From: Deltaproteobacteria bacterium
GTDB lineage: Bacteria; Desulfobacterota; Deferrisomatia; Deferrisomatales; JACRMM01
Assembly (NCBI GenBank): GCA_037446775.1
Contig: JBBIIA010000011.1
Span: 1 to 53,659 of the forward strand
Length of the DNA stretch: 53,659 nucleotides
Direction of reading: 5' to 3'
Part shown: positions 34,575 to 43,830 of the stretch, one piece after another
Numbering within the stretch: the first letter of the stretch is position 1
Layout: every line of letters begins with the position of its first letter
The notes under the pieces: model-generated
Database searches by the model: none
Seen by the model: the letters and a program-made list of their open reading frames with translations, nothing else
What the model was told of the DNA's origin: nothing
Made by a program: the position numbers and the translations under genes

Positions 34575-37250
34575 TTACGATCCGGGGTGGTCCTCGGCGG
34601 CGGGGTGTTCACCGACCTCCCCCGCCAGGGCGCTCCCCACCGCGGCCAGGAGCTCCCGGCTGCCGACGGGCTTGTGCAAAAGCGCCCGGGCCCCGAGCGC
34701 TCGCGCCTTCTCGGGGGTGAGGTCGGCGGTGTAGCCCGTGCACAGGATCACCGGCAGCGCCGGGCGCGATTGCGCAAGCCGTTCCACCAGCACGGCTCCG
34801 CTCATGCCCGGCATGGTGTGGTCGGTGATGACCAGGTCGATCTCTCCAGGGACCGCGTCGAGGCGCTCCAGGGCTTCCTCGGCGCAGGAGACCCCTTCGA
34901 CCCGGTACCCCCTGCGCGTCAGCGCTTCGGTCCAGAACTCCCGCAGCAACTCCTCGTCCTCTACCAGCAGGATGCAGGCGTTTGCCCCCGCGTGGACGGT
35001 CGGCTCTTCTCCGGCGGGGAGCGGGAGGAGGTCCTGGTCGGCCCGGGGCAACCACACCCGGACGCGGGTCCCTTGCCCCAGGGTGCTCTCGACGCGGACC
35101 GCGCCCCCCAGGTCGCGGGCGATGCCGTGCACCACCGAAAGCCCCATGCCGGTGCCCTCGCCGACCCCCTTGGTGGTGAAGAAGGGCTCGAAGATCCGGG
35201 GCAGGACCTCGGGGGGGATGCCGCAGCCGGTGTCCTCCACGATCAGGCACAGGTAGTCGCCCCCGGCGAGCTCCGGATCGTCTCCCTCCTCGACGTGGAC
35301 CGGCGTCCCGGCCACCCGGAGCCGACCGCCCTGGGGCATGGCGTGGCCCGCGTTGGTACACAGGTTGGTGACGATCTGGTGCAGCGCCGTGGGGGTGGCG
35401 TGAACCCAGGCGTCTTCGGCTTCGACCGGGGACTCCAGGCGGATGGAGCTCGGCAGGGTCGCCCGCACCAGGGCCAGGGCCGCTTGCACCTCGATGGTCA
35501 GGTGGACGGGCCGGGCCTCCTCCTTGCTCTGCCGGGCGAAGACCAGGATCTGGTGTACCAGGTCTCGGGCCCGCTCCGCCGCCCCCACCACCCGCCCCAG
35601 CCGCTGCCGGTTGGGGCTACCGGCCGGGGTGTCTTCGGCCGCGAGCTCGGCAAACCCGATGATCGGGGTCAGGGTGTTGTTCAGGTCGTGGGCGATGCCC
35701 CCCGCCAGCACCCCGAGGCTCTCCAGCTTCTGCTTCTGTCGGACCTGTTCCTCCAGGGCCCGCCGTTCGGCCTCCAGTCGGCGCAGCTCGGTGGTCTCGA
35801 TGAAGGTCCCCATGGTTCCCTGGAACTCCCGGTCCGGTCCGAGCAGGGGCGAGGCCGACAGCATGGCGACCCGCCGACCGCCCCGGCGCCCGAGGATCTC
35901 CACCTCGTAGGTACCGCTCTCCCCGCGGCGCCGCGCCGGGACCTCCGCCGCCATCCGCGCCACGGCCGCGGGGGAAAAGAAGGCCGACAGCGGCAGCCGG
36001 GCCACCTCCTCGGGGCCGTCGGCTTCCAGCATGCGGCACATGGCGGGATTGACGTACCGCGTCTCCTCGGCCGCGTCGATCTGCCAGATCCCGGCCTCGC
36101 TGTGCTCGGCCAGGGCCCGGAAGCGGACCTCGTTGGCCTTGAGCGCCGCCTCGGCGGTGTGCCGCTCGGTGACGTCGTGGGCCGTGCCGGCCATGAATAG
36201 CGCCCTGCCCTCGGGGGCCCTCCGCACCTCGGCCGTGCAGTCCAGCACCCGCGTGGCGCCGTCGGGTCGCACGATCCGGAAGGCGAGGTCGAAGGGGGCC
36301 GTGCCCCGCAGCGCGGCCCGCAACGCCTCCCGGACCCGGGCCGCCTCCTCGGGGTGGACCCGCGAGCGCAGGACCTCGGAGAAATCCCCCGCCGCCGGAG
36401 GCCCAATCCCGAAGATCCGCAGGAGCTCGTCCGACCAGTCCACCGTGCCGGCGACCAGGTCCCACCGCCAGTGTCCCAGGTGGGCGAGCCTCTGGGCCTC
36501 GGCCAGCTCCTTGGCCTTGTCCCGGGCGGACTCCAGGATGCGGCCGACGGTCTCGCTCAAGTGCTCGAACTCGGCGATGCCCCGGTAGGTGGGGCGCTCC
36601 CCCGCGGCGAGGGGGCCGAGGATGGCCCGGACCGGGCGCCGCAGGAGCAAGCCGATCAGCAGGCTGACCGCGAGGCCGGTGGCCAGGGCCCAGGCACCGA
36701 CCCCGAGGTAGCTCCCCCGCACCTCCTGGTGGAGCGCGGCGTACTCCGCCAGGTCTCGAAGTACGGTCACCTCCCACCCCCACGGCTCGTAGGAAAACCG
36801 GGTCGCCAGGTACCGCCGGTTCCCGAGCTCGAGGCCCGAGACGGCCCCGGCAACGATCTCGACCCCGGCCAGGGCCTGGGCGTCCACCTCCACCAGGGGT
36901 GCCCCCCCGTCCCGGCTCGCCACCCGGCCACCGAGGCCCCGCTGCCGCAGGAAGTCCTCCACCTCCCCCAGGGTCCGGCCCCGGGCCACGGCCTCGCTCC
37001 GTGGGTCCCCGAGGGCCCCCGCGCGCAGGACCCCGTCGTAACCCTGCTCGCACAGGGTGTACAGGTCCCGGGCGTACACTTCGGTCTCCCGCCGGAGCTG
37101 CTCCAGGGCGAAGCGGTCCACCGATCGGTGGACCAGGCCGTACAAGCCGGCCCCCGAGGCGAGGGCCACGGCCAGGACCGGCAGGGTGGTCCACACCGCC
37201 AGGGAGCGCCACAGGGGGAGTTTGCGGCGAGTCCCCACGGAGTTCGTCAC
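34575..37250 (-). CDS. Hybrid sensor histidine kinase (2 TM, 2 PAS, HisKA, HATPase, REC)
   Basis: GGIAHDLNN, NLCTNA, DTGCG, FEPFFTTKG..GTGMGL, LLVEDE..TDHTMP..KP; GTG 37250 overlaps the upstream stop. Confidence 0.92.
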   Translation of the reverse strand: MTNSVGTRRKLPLWRSLAVWTTLPVLAVALASGAGLYGLVHRSVDRFALEQLRRETEVYARDLYTLCEQGYDGVLRAGALGDPRSEAVARGRTLGEVEDFLRQRGLGGRVASRDGGAPLVEVDAQALAGVEIVAGAVSGLELGNRRYLATRFSYEPWGWEVTVLRDLAEYAALHQEVRGSYLGVGAWALATGLAVSLLIGLLLRRPVRAILGPLAAGERPTYRGIAEFEHLSETVGRILESARDKAKELAEAQRLAHLGHWRWDLVAGTVDWSDELLRIFGIGPPAAGDFSEVLRSRVHPEEAARVREALRAALRGTAPFDLAFRIVRPDGATRVLDCTAEVRRAPEGRALFMAGTAHDVTERHTAEAALKANEVRFRALAEHSEAGIWQIDAAEETRYVNPAMCRMLEADGPEEVARLPLSAFFSPAAVARMAAEVPARRRGESGTYEVEILGRRGGRRVAMLSASPLLGPDREFQGTMGTFIETTELRRLEAERRALEEQVRQKQKLESLGVLAGGIAHDLNNTLTPIIGFAELAAEDTPAGSPNRQRLGRVVGAAERARDLVHQILVFARQSKEEARPVHLTIEVQAALALVRATLPSSIRLESPVEAEDAWVHATPTALHQIVTNLCTNAGHAMPQGGRLRVAGTPVHVEEGDDPELAGGDYLCLIVEDTGCGIPPEVLPRIFEPFFTTKGVGEGTGMGLSVVHGIARDLGGAVRVESTLGQGTRVRVWLPRADQDLLPLPAGEEPTVHAGANACILLVEDEELLREFWTEALTRRGYRVEGVSCAEEALERLDAVPGEIDLVITDHTMPGMSGAVLVERLAQSRPALPVILCTGYTADLTPEKARALGARALLHKPVGSRELLAAVGSALAGEVGEHPAAEDHPGS

Positions 37251-38410
37251 CGGGCCGGGGCCGGCGGGAAGCGGGGTGGGGCGGTCCGTAACTCGTCCGG
37301 CCACGTAACCTCCTGCTTGCCCCCCTGCCACTGGAGGGTGAGGACGAAGTGCCGAACCTGCCGGCCGGTGGGATCGACCCCGTAGCGGCCGAGGATGCTC
37401 GTGGCGTTGAGCGCCCCCAGGGTATCCCGCAGCGTCTCCCGCTCCAGGGACCCGGCGCGAGCTACCGCGGCTTCGAGGATCTGGCCGGCGGCGTAAGCCG
37501 CCGCGGCGTGGTAGGAGGGGGGCTCCCCGTAGGTCGCGGCAAAGGCGCGGTGAAAGGCGGCCGACCCGGGCAGGGGGAGACGCTCGTGGTTCACCCACTG
37601 GCTGGTCGAGAAGGCCCCCTCGGCCGCGGCGCCGAGCCGCTGTCCGTACTCCCGGAGCGCCGGCCCCACCGGCGAAAAGTACGCCTCCGGGCGCCACCCG
37701 AGCTTCTCCAGGGCTCGCACCCCGTTCACGGCTTCGTCGAAGTGACCGCAGACCAGCAGGGCCCGGGCGCCCCCGGCCCGGGCCGTAGCCAAGGGCGCCG
37801 TCAGGTCCGTTTGCCCCTTGGGGAAGGGGGGCACCCGGGTGACCTTGACGCCGAACCGGGCGGCCCACCGTTCCGCGCCGTCGGCCACGCCGACCGAGAA
37901 GGAGTCGTCCGCCGACACGATCCCCACCCGGTCGATGCCGGCGCCGACCAAAAGCTCCAAAAAGCCCACGGCGTAGCGGTCGGTGGTGGTGTAGACCCCA
38001 AAGAGGTAGCGGTGGCCCCGCTCCCACAGGCTCTCGGCCGAGGCCCCGGCAGCGAGCATGGGGTAGTGCCGAGCCTCGGCCACCTCGGCGGCCGCTTCGG
38101 TGAGGGCACTGGAGTAGGGCCCAAACACCAGGTCGACCCGGTGCGCGTCGATCAGCTCGGCGTACAAGGCGCGGGCCGCCTCGGGCTTGCTCCGGTCGTC
38201 GTGCAGCACGAGCTCCACGGGCCGGCCAAGGAGCCCCCCCCGGGCGTTGACCTCCCGCTGCCACAGCTCGTACCCCCGCCGCTGCATGGCCCCCATGGGG
38301 GCGTAGGTTCCGGTCTGGGAGAGGGTGAGGCCGATCCGGACGGGCTCGGCGGCGTGGGCCCAGGCGGCGGCGAGGGCGACGGCAATGGCGACGGGAGCGA
38401 TCAGGCGCAT
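37247..38410 (-). CDS. Periplasmic ligand-binding protein (LivJ/LivK type I fold)
   Basis: Signal peptide; IGLTLSQTG, NARGGLLGRPVELVLHDD, GPYSS. Confidence 0.9.
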   Translation of the reverse strand: MRLIAPVAIAVALAAAWAHAAEPVRIGLTLSQTGTYAPMGAMQRRGYELWQREVNARGGLLGRPVELVLHDDRSKPEAARALYAELIDAHRVDLVFGPYSSALTEAAAEVAEARHYPMLAAGASAESLWERGHRYLFGVYTTTDRYAVGFLELLVGAGIDRVGIVSADDSFSVGVADGAERWAARFGVKVTRVPPFPKGQTDLTAPLATARAGGARALLVCGHFDEAVNGVRALEKLGWRPEAYFSPVGPALREYGQRLGAAAEGAFSTSQWVNHERLPLPGSAAFHRAFAATYGEPPSYHAAAAYAAGQILEAAVARAGSLERETLRDTLGALNATSILGRYGVDPTGRQVRHFVLTLQWQGGKQEVTWPDELRTAPPRFPPAPAR

Positions 38411-38501
38411 GGGGTGGCTGGTTCCTCTCGGGGCGGTGGCATCCCCCGGCTGGGCTGCTTATCGACTGCCCTGGGTCGTGGCTTGAGGCGGGGGGAGAGG
38501 A

Positions 38502-38963
38502 TCAGGCGAGGCGCCCCAGGTCTTCGGCGACGAGGGCGACGGTGGCCGGAAGGGCGGCCTCGACCGCGGGGCTCAAGCCGACGCCAAAGGCGACCTCGTC
38601 CCCGATCTCGACCCCGTAGACCCCCCCCACCTCGGGGACCGGGTAGCCCAGGCGCCGACCGAGCTCCAATAGCTCGAAGAAGTTCACCCCGTGGGACGAG
38701 AAGAGGTGCCGGGTGCCGCCCTCGAGGGTGAGCCGGCGCACGGTCCCGGGCCGGCCGTCTTGGGTGGTGAGGGCGTCGACCAGAAACACCCGGTCGTAGC
38801 CGCCGATCAGCTCCAGGATCTCCAGGCCGACCAGGGCCGTGGTGAGCACCTCCACGCCGGGGACCCGGCCCTGTAGCTCCCGGTGTAGCTCCCGGGCCAC
38901 GGCGAGCCCCACCCCGTCGTCGGAGAGGATGGGGTTGCCCAAGCCGAGGACGAGGGTCCTCAC
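38502..38963 (-). CDS. Hydrogenase maturation protease
   Basis: LVLGLGNPILSDDGVG, VDAL, SSH; GTGA overlap with the mvhA stop. Confidence 0.92.
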   Translation of the reverse strand: MRTLVLGLGNPILSDDGVGLAVARELHRELQGRVPGVEVLTTALVGLEILELIGGYDRVFLVDALTTQDGRPGTVRRLTLEGGTRHLFSSHGVNFFELLELGRRLGYPVPEVGGVYGVEIGDEVAFGVGLSPAVEAALPATVALVAEDLGRLA

Positions 38964-40423
38964 CGCCGCCGCACCTCCCGAATCGCGGCCCCGGAGGGGT
39001 CGCGCAGGGTGACCGTAAGGGGCATCGTCCCGGGCAAGGCGTGGGTGGCGCAGGAGAGGCACGGGTCGTAGGCGCGAAAGGCCATCTCCACCCGGTTGAG
39101 AAAGCCCTCTCGTACCTCGCCTCCCTGGACGAAGGCTTGAGCGGCCTTTTTCACCGACAGGCAGATGGGGCCCGCGTTGTTTTGGGTGGCCACGATCAAG
39201 TTGATCTTGGTCAAAAGCCCCCGGTCGTCGGTCTCGTAGTCGTGAAAGAGCGTGCCCCGGGGAGCCTCGACGCACCCCACCCCCTTGCCCCGCAGCTTAA
39301 AGCGCTCGGACCGGATGTCCTTGCTGGTGAGCAGCGGATCCCGGGCGAGGAGCTGGTTGTGCTCCGCGGCCTGCAAAGCGCAGATCAGCCGAGCCCAGTG
39401 CATGGCCAGGGTGTGGTGGGAGGGCTTGCCCCCCAGGGTCTCGTACATCCGCTCGTACTCCCGCTGGGCGAGGGGGGTCTTCATCCCCTCGGCGGCGTTG
39501 AGGCGCGCGAGCGGCGCCACCCGGTAGAGCGAACTGCCGTCCCCCTCGGTGAGCCCCTGCCAGCCGAGTTGCTTTAAGTAGGTCAGGCGGACGTAGGTCC
39601 ACGGCTCGACCCATTCGGCGAGGTGGTCGCGGTAGTCGCGGGGGTCGAACCGGGCGAACTCCCGGCCCTGGGGGTCCACCACCCGGACCCGGCCGTCGTA
39701 AAAGTCCACTCGGTTCTCCTCGTCCACCAGGCCCATGGAGTGGGTCCGAAGCTGGTAGGCGGGGCTTAGGATGAGGTCCACGTAAGCCGGGTTGGCGAGG
39801 ACGTGGGTGTGGAAGAGCTCCAGGGCGAACTGGGCAAACTCGACGGTCTCGTCGGCGGTGGCGGTGATCCAGCGGCGGTCCTCCTCGGTGAGGCCCCGGG
39901 GCACGCCGCCGGGGAGCCCCCCTTCGGGGTGGGGCGCCTTGCCGAAGAGGTGGCGGATGATGTCCCGGTTCTTTTTGCGGATGTCGATGACCTTTAGCCC
40001 CACCTCCTTGCCCACCTTCCCGATCACCCCGAGGATGTTGCGCTCCCGGGGGTCGGCGTCGGGGCCCAGGATGAAGTCCGGGGCCGCCAGGAAGAAGAAG
40101 TGGACGTAGTGGTCCTCGACGTAAAAGGCGTTGAATTCGAGCTGGCGGAGCAGCCGGGCGGCTGGGGTGGGCTCTACCCCAAACACCTGGTCGAGGGCCT
40201 TGGTGGCAGCCATGTGGTGGGCCGAGGGGCACACCCCGCAGATGTTGGGCACGATGCGGGTCATCTCCTCGACCGGTCGGCCGAGGCAGAACCGCTCGAA
40301 CCCCCGAAGCTCCACCACCTGCCAGAAGGCGTCGGCCACGTCGCCGCGGTCGTCGAGGAAGATCTCGATCTTGCCGTGGCCCTCCAGCCGGGTGATGGGA
40401 TTAATGGTGATGCGGTCTCCCAT
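38960..40423 (-). CDS. mvhA: [NiFe] hydrogenase large subunit, group 3c-like
   Basis: PITRLEGHG, RGFE, ICGVCP..H, EAPRGTLFH, RAYDPCLSCATH plus C-terminal extension. Confidence 0.9.
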   Translation of the reverse strand: MGDRITINPITRLEGHGKIEIFLDDRGDVADAFWQVVELRGFERFCLGRPVEEMTRIVPNICGVCPSAHHMAATKALDQVFGVEPTPAARLLRQLEFNAFYVEDHYVHFFFLAAPDFILGPDADPRERNILGVIGKVGKEVGLKVIDIRKKNRDIIRHLFGKAPHPEGGLPGGVPRGLTEEDRRWITATADETVEFAQFALELFHTHVLANPAYVDLILSPAYQLRTHSMGLVDEENRVDFYDGRVRVVDPQGREFARFDPRDYRDHLAEWVEPWTYVRLTYLKQLGWQGLTEGDGSSLYRVAPLARLNAAEGMKTPLAQREYERMYETLGGKPSHHTLAMHWARLICALQAAEHNQLLARDPLLTSKDIRSERFKLRGKGVGCVEAPRGTLFHDYETDDRGLLTKINLIVATQNNAGPICLSVKKAAQAFVQGGEVREGFLNRVEMAFRAYDPCLSCATHALPGTMPLTVTLRDPSGAAIREVRRR

Positions 40424-40437
40424 GGGTTGCCACCTCC

Positions 40438-41385
40438 CTACGCCTTGGTCTCGCCCAGGATGGAGCTGGGCTGGGTGAAGCGGTACAGGTACCCCACCGG
40501 GTCGTCGATGGAGCGGGCCACGGCTTCCACCGCGCACAGGGAGGAGAGGGCCGAGAGGAACTTGGCGCCCCCATCGGCCACCCCGTCCAGGGGCCCGAAA
40601 CAGCCTCGGCACGGGGTGTTGGTCCCGAGGCAGGTGCCGCCGCAGCCGGCCCGGGTGGCCGGGCCGACGCAAAGCACCCCTTTGGCGAGGAAGCAGGTGC
40701 TGCTCTCCACCTCCACCTCGTGGGGTCGGCGCACGTCGGTGAGGGAGAGCTTGAGGGGCTTGGTACCGTTGCGGGTGCAGGTGTCGCACAGCGCCCGGTG
40801 GGGGGCGAGGGTCGCGCCCCGGGGCGGAAGCTTCCCCTGGAGGGCGGCGTACACCGCGTTGCCCACCAGGTCGGGGGGCGGCGGGCAGCCAGGCAGGTAG
40901 TAGTCCACCGGGACCACTTGATCCAGGGCGTAGACCCGGTCGAAGAGCTCCGGGAGGGTGAGCTCGTACCCGTTGGCGGTGGAGCACGGCGCGGGCTCCC
41001 GGCCGTCGGGGTTCACTACGGTGGGGGCGTCGTGGTAGATCCAGCGGAAGAGGTCCTCGCGCCCGCGCAGGTTGGCGAGCCCGGGAGTTCCGCCGAAGCA
41101 GGAACAGGCGCCAAACGCCAGCAGCAGCTGGGACTTCCGGCGCAGGAGCCGGGCCACCTCGAGATGCTCGGAGTTGCGGACGTTGCCGTGGACGATCGAA
41201 AGGGCGATCGCGCCGTCGGCGAGCCGCTCCACGTCGTGGTACTTAAAGTCCAGCGCGAGGGGCCAGAGCACGATCTCGACCGCGTCGGCGACGGTGAGGA
41301 GCACCTCGTTGAGATCCACGATGGTCTCGTCGCAGCCGCCGCAGGCTCCGAGCCAGTGGATGGCGATCTTGGGCTTGGTCGGCAT
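40438..41385 (-). CDS. mvhG: [NiFe] hydrogenase small subunit
   Basis: ACGGC, FGACS, PGCPP, CDTC, CFL..G..C.GPATRAGC...C.....CRGCFG; no Tat signal. Confidence 0.9.
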   Translation of the reverse strand: MPTKPKIAIHWLGACGGCDETIVDLNEVLLTVADAVEIVLWPLALDFKYHDVERLADGAIALSIVHGNVRNSEHLEVARLLRRKSQLLLAFGACSCFGGTPGLANLRGREDLFRWIYHDAPTVVNPDGREPAPCSTANGYELTLPELFDRVYALDQVVPVDYYLPGCPPPPDLVGNAVYAALQGKLPPRGATLAPHRALCDTCTRNGTKPLKLSLTDVRRPHEVEVESSTCFLAKGVLCVGPATRAGCGGTCLGTNTPCRGCFGPLDGVADGGAKFLSALSSLCAVEAVARSIDDPVGYLYRFTQPSSILGETKA

Positions 41386-41401
41386 CGGGCGTCCTTTGCG
41401 G

Positions 41402-41830
41402 TTAGGGGCCGGGGGCGATCGTACCGTCCAGGGGCGCGCGCACGGCCACCGGGCCGAGGGCCCGGAGCTCTCGGGCCAGCGCGTCCACCGCGGCTACCGC
41501 CCGGGACCCCTCCGGGTCGACCCCGAGCACCATCTGGAGGCGCCCCGGTTCGACGCCGTGGGCGGCGAGCACCCGCTGGAGCAAGACCACCTTCTTCTTG
41601 GTCTGGTAGTTGCCATCCTGGAAGTGGCACTCCCCTTCCGGGCAGCCGAGAATCAGCACCCCGTCGGCCCCTCGCTGGAACGCCCTGAGGACGTGGGTGG
41701 CGTCGACCTTGCCGCTGCACGCCACCGGGAGCCAGTGGTCGATCCGAGCGCCCAGGGCGTCCCGCTCGCCGAGGTAGCCCCAGCCAAAGCTACAGGAGAA
41801 GCAGACGATCTTCGGGGTGGTCGCCGGCAT
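41402..41830 (-). CDS. mvhD: MvhD-like [2Fe-2S] subunit
   Basis: CSGKVD, GADGVLILGC..GECHF..GN, RL; N-terminal segment shortened. Confidence 0.85.
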   Translation of the reverse strand: MPATTPKIVCFSCSFGWGYLGERDALGARIDHWLPVACSGKVDATHVLRAFQRGADGVLILGCPEGECHFQDGNYQTKKKVVLLQRVLAAHGVEPGRLQMVLGVDPEGSRAVAAVDALARELRALGPVAVRAPLDGTIAPGP

Positions 41831-41840
41831 GGTTGCCTCC

Positions 41841-43631
41841 TCACAGGGCGGCGAGCGTCTGCTCGAACCGCTGGTCCAGGTCGCACCCGAACATCTCGCG
41901 GGCGTCCGCCGGGCACGCCACCACGCACATGCCGCACGCCTTGCACCGGAAACGGTCGGTGGACGATCGCACCCCGCCGTGGGCGGGCCGGGGGTGGGCC
42001 GCGTCGTAGTAGCAGATCGAGGAGCAGATGCCGCAGCCGCTGCACCGCTCGTCGTGGACGACCACCGTGGGGAGCTCGGGCTGTAGGCCCACCGAGACGC
42101 ACGCCTTGCACGACAGGCACGGCCCGCAGGTGAGGCATCGCTTGGCCTCCTCCCGCGCCTCCTGGAGGGTGAACCCCCGCTCGAAGAGCTGGAAGTGCAT
42201 GCGCTTCTCCGGCGGGATCCAGACCACCTCCGGTTCGTGCTTGTAGGCCCGGCGCAGGGGAATCGCCTGGGCTTCAAAGGAGCGGGTACGCCCCTCCCGG
42301 ACGTCGAGTCCCCGCAGCAGCCGCTCGATGGATTCGGCGGCCTCGAGGCCGTCGCGCATGGCCTCGGCCAAAAACCCGATGCGGCGCATGTCGCCGCCGA
42401 CGAACACCCACTCCCGAGTGCGGCTCTGGAGGGTCACCGGATCCACCGCCAGGCGCCCGGCGTCGTCGAGCAGGCCCTCGCGCTCGAGCCACGCCCGCTC
42501 GGGCCCCTGACCCACGGCGAGCACCAGGACGTCGCCCGCGAGGTCCACGGTGTCGGCTAGGTCGAACCGGGGGGCAAAGCCGGTCTCATCAAACACCGCG
42601 GTGCAGCGGGGGCACTCGATGCGGCGGAACACCCCCCCCTCGCCCCGGATCTTCTGGACCCCCCGGGAGTAGACGATCCGGATGCCCTCTTCCCACGCCC
42701 CCTTGATCTCCTCGTGGTCGGCGGGGATGCCGTCCCGGGAGGCCTTGTCCTCGCACTCCAGGCACACCATCGTCGTGTCGCCGCCCAGGCGGCGGGCGGT
42801 GCGGGCCACGTCGAAGGCCACGTTGCCCCCGCCGATCACCACCACCCGCTTGCCGCAAAAGTAGTCGGGGGCGATGTTGCCGTGGCTCACCTCGTAGAGG
42901 AAGGTCTGGCCGTACATCACGCCGGAGAGCTCCTGGCCCTCCACGGGCTGACCCCCAAAGGAGAGGATGCGGGGGGTGGGCGATCCCCGGGCGATGAATA
43001 CGGCCCGGTACCCGTCGTTGCGCAGCCGGTCGAGGGTGAGCTTCCCTTCCCCGACGCGGACGTTGACCTTGACGTCGATCCCGGTGATCCGCACCAGGTT
43101 GTCCACGGCCGAGCGGAGCACCTCTTCGGGCAGCCGGTAGCGGGGGATCAGCCACAGGGCGCCCCCCAGCCGGTCCGAGGACTCGAACACCGTCACCCGA
43201 TACCCCCGCTTGGAGAGGTCGAAGGCGGCCATCAGCCCGGACGGCCCGCCGCCCACCACGGCCACGCCCTCCTTGCTGCGCACCAGATCGAACTCCTCCT
43301 TCGCCTCCAGGTGGGCCCCGTAGTGGTCCGCCACGAACCGTTTGAGCAGTCGGCGGCGGATCGCGCCGCCCTTTTCGGAGTAGTTGCAGTCCAGTTCGCA
43401 CAGCCCGCACACGTAGCCGCACACCTCGAAGAGGGGGTTGCGGTCGTAGAGGTAGTCGCCGATCTGGACGATCCCCCCCGCCGCGGCTTCCGGGGTGTCC
43501 GGCAGCAGGGAAAGGAGGACGTTGGTGCGCTGGATGTCCTCGTTGATGGGGCACTTGGCCTGACAGGGGGGGAGGAACTGCTTGATCGCCGGTTCGACGC
43601 GGGTACGGCCGGTGCTCTGGGTCTGCCACAT
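41841..43631 (-). CDS. GltD/NfnB-like FAD/NAD(P)H oxidoreductase with C-terminal 2x[4Fe-4S]
   Basis: PCQAKCP, CGYVC..CE..C, GGGPSG, IPRYRLP, GGGNVAFD, EAKRCLTC, CSGCGIC / CKACGMC; SD AGGAGG before ATG 43631. Confidence 0.88.
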   Translation of the reverse strand: MWQTQSTGRTRVEPAIKQFLPPCQAKCPINEDIQRTNVLLSLLPDTPEAAAGGIVQIGDYLYDRNPLFEVCGYVCGLCELDCNYSEKGGAIRRRLLKRFVADHYGAHLEAKEEFDLVRSKEGVAVVGGGPSGLMAAFDLSKRGYRVTVFESSDRLGGALWLIPRYRLPEEVLRSAVDNLVRITGIDVKVNVRVGEGKLTLDRLRNDGYRAVFIARGSPTPRILSFGGQPVEGQELSGVMYGQTFLYEVSHGNIAPDYFCGKRVVVIGGGNVAFDVARTARRLGGDTTMVCLECEDKASRDGIPADHEEIKGAWEEGIRIVYSRGVQKIRGEGGVFRRIECPRCTAVFDETGFAPRFDLADTVDLAGDVLVLAVGQGPERAWLEREGLLDDAGRLAVDPVTLQSRTREWVFVGGDMRRIGFLAEAMRDGLEAAESIERLLRGLDVREGRTRSFEAQAIPLRRAYKHEPEVVWIPPEKRMHFQLFERGFTLQEAREEAKRCLTCGPCLSCKACVSVGLQPELPTVVVHDERCSGCGICSSICYYDAAHPRPAHGGVRSSTDRFRCKACGMCVVACPADAREMFGCDLDQRFEQTLAAL

Positions 43632-43830
43632 CGGGACCTCCTGGCGGTGCAAGCGAAGCCGCGCCATTTTGGTACCGGCGCGGCTTGCGAAGATGCCGGG
43701 GATCGGGGGCACCCTATGCCCTTCGGACGGGACGGCCGAAAGCTTGAGAAACAACATACAAGGAGCGGCGCGGTTCCGCAAACCGGGCAGGAAGCCGGGG
43801 CTGCACCACCTGGCAGGGAGCCGCCCTGGG

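Noticed and set aside
34575-38264. 1229-aa kinase as listed in the ORF track (likewise the long N-termini of etfA, mvhA, mvhD, SEC-C and ChaN-like ORFs)
   Set aside because: The extensions overlap the upstream gene in another frame; starts were reassigned to coupled or SD-backed codons.
43645-43700. Sigma54 promoter for the hydrogenase operon
   Set aside because: GG and GC candidates are 8-9 nt apart, not the required 10.
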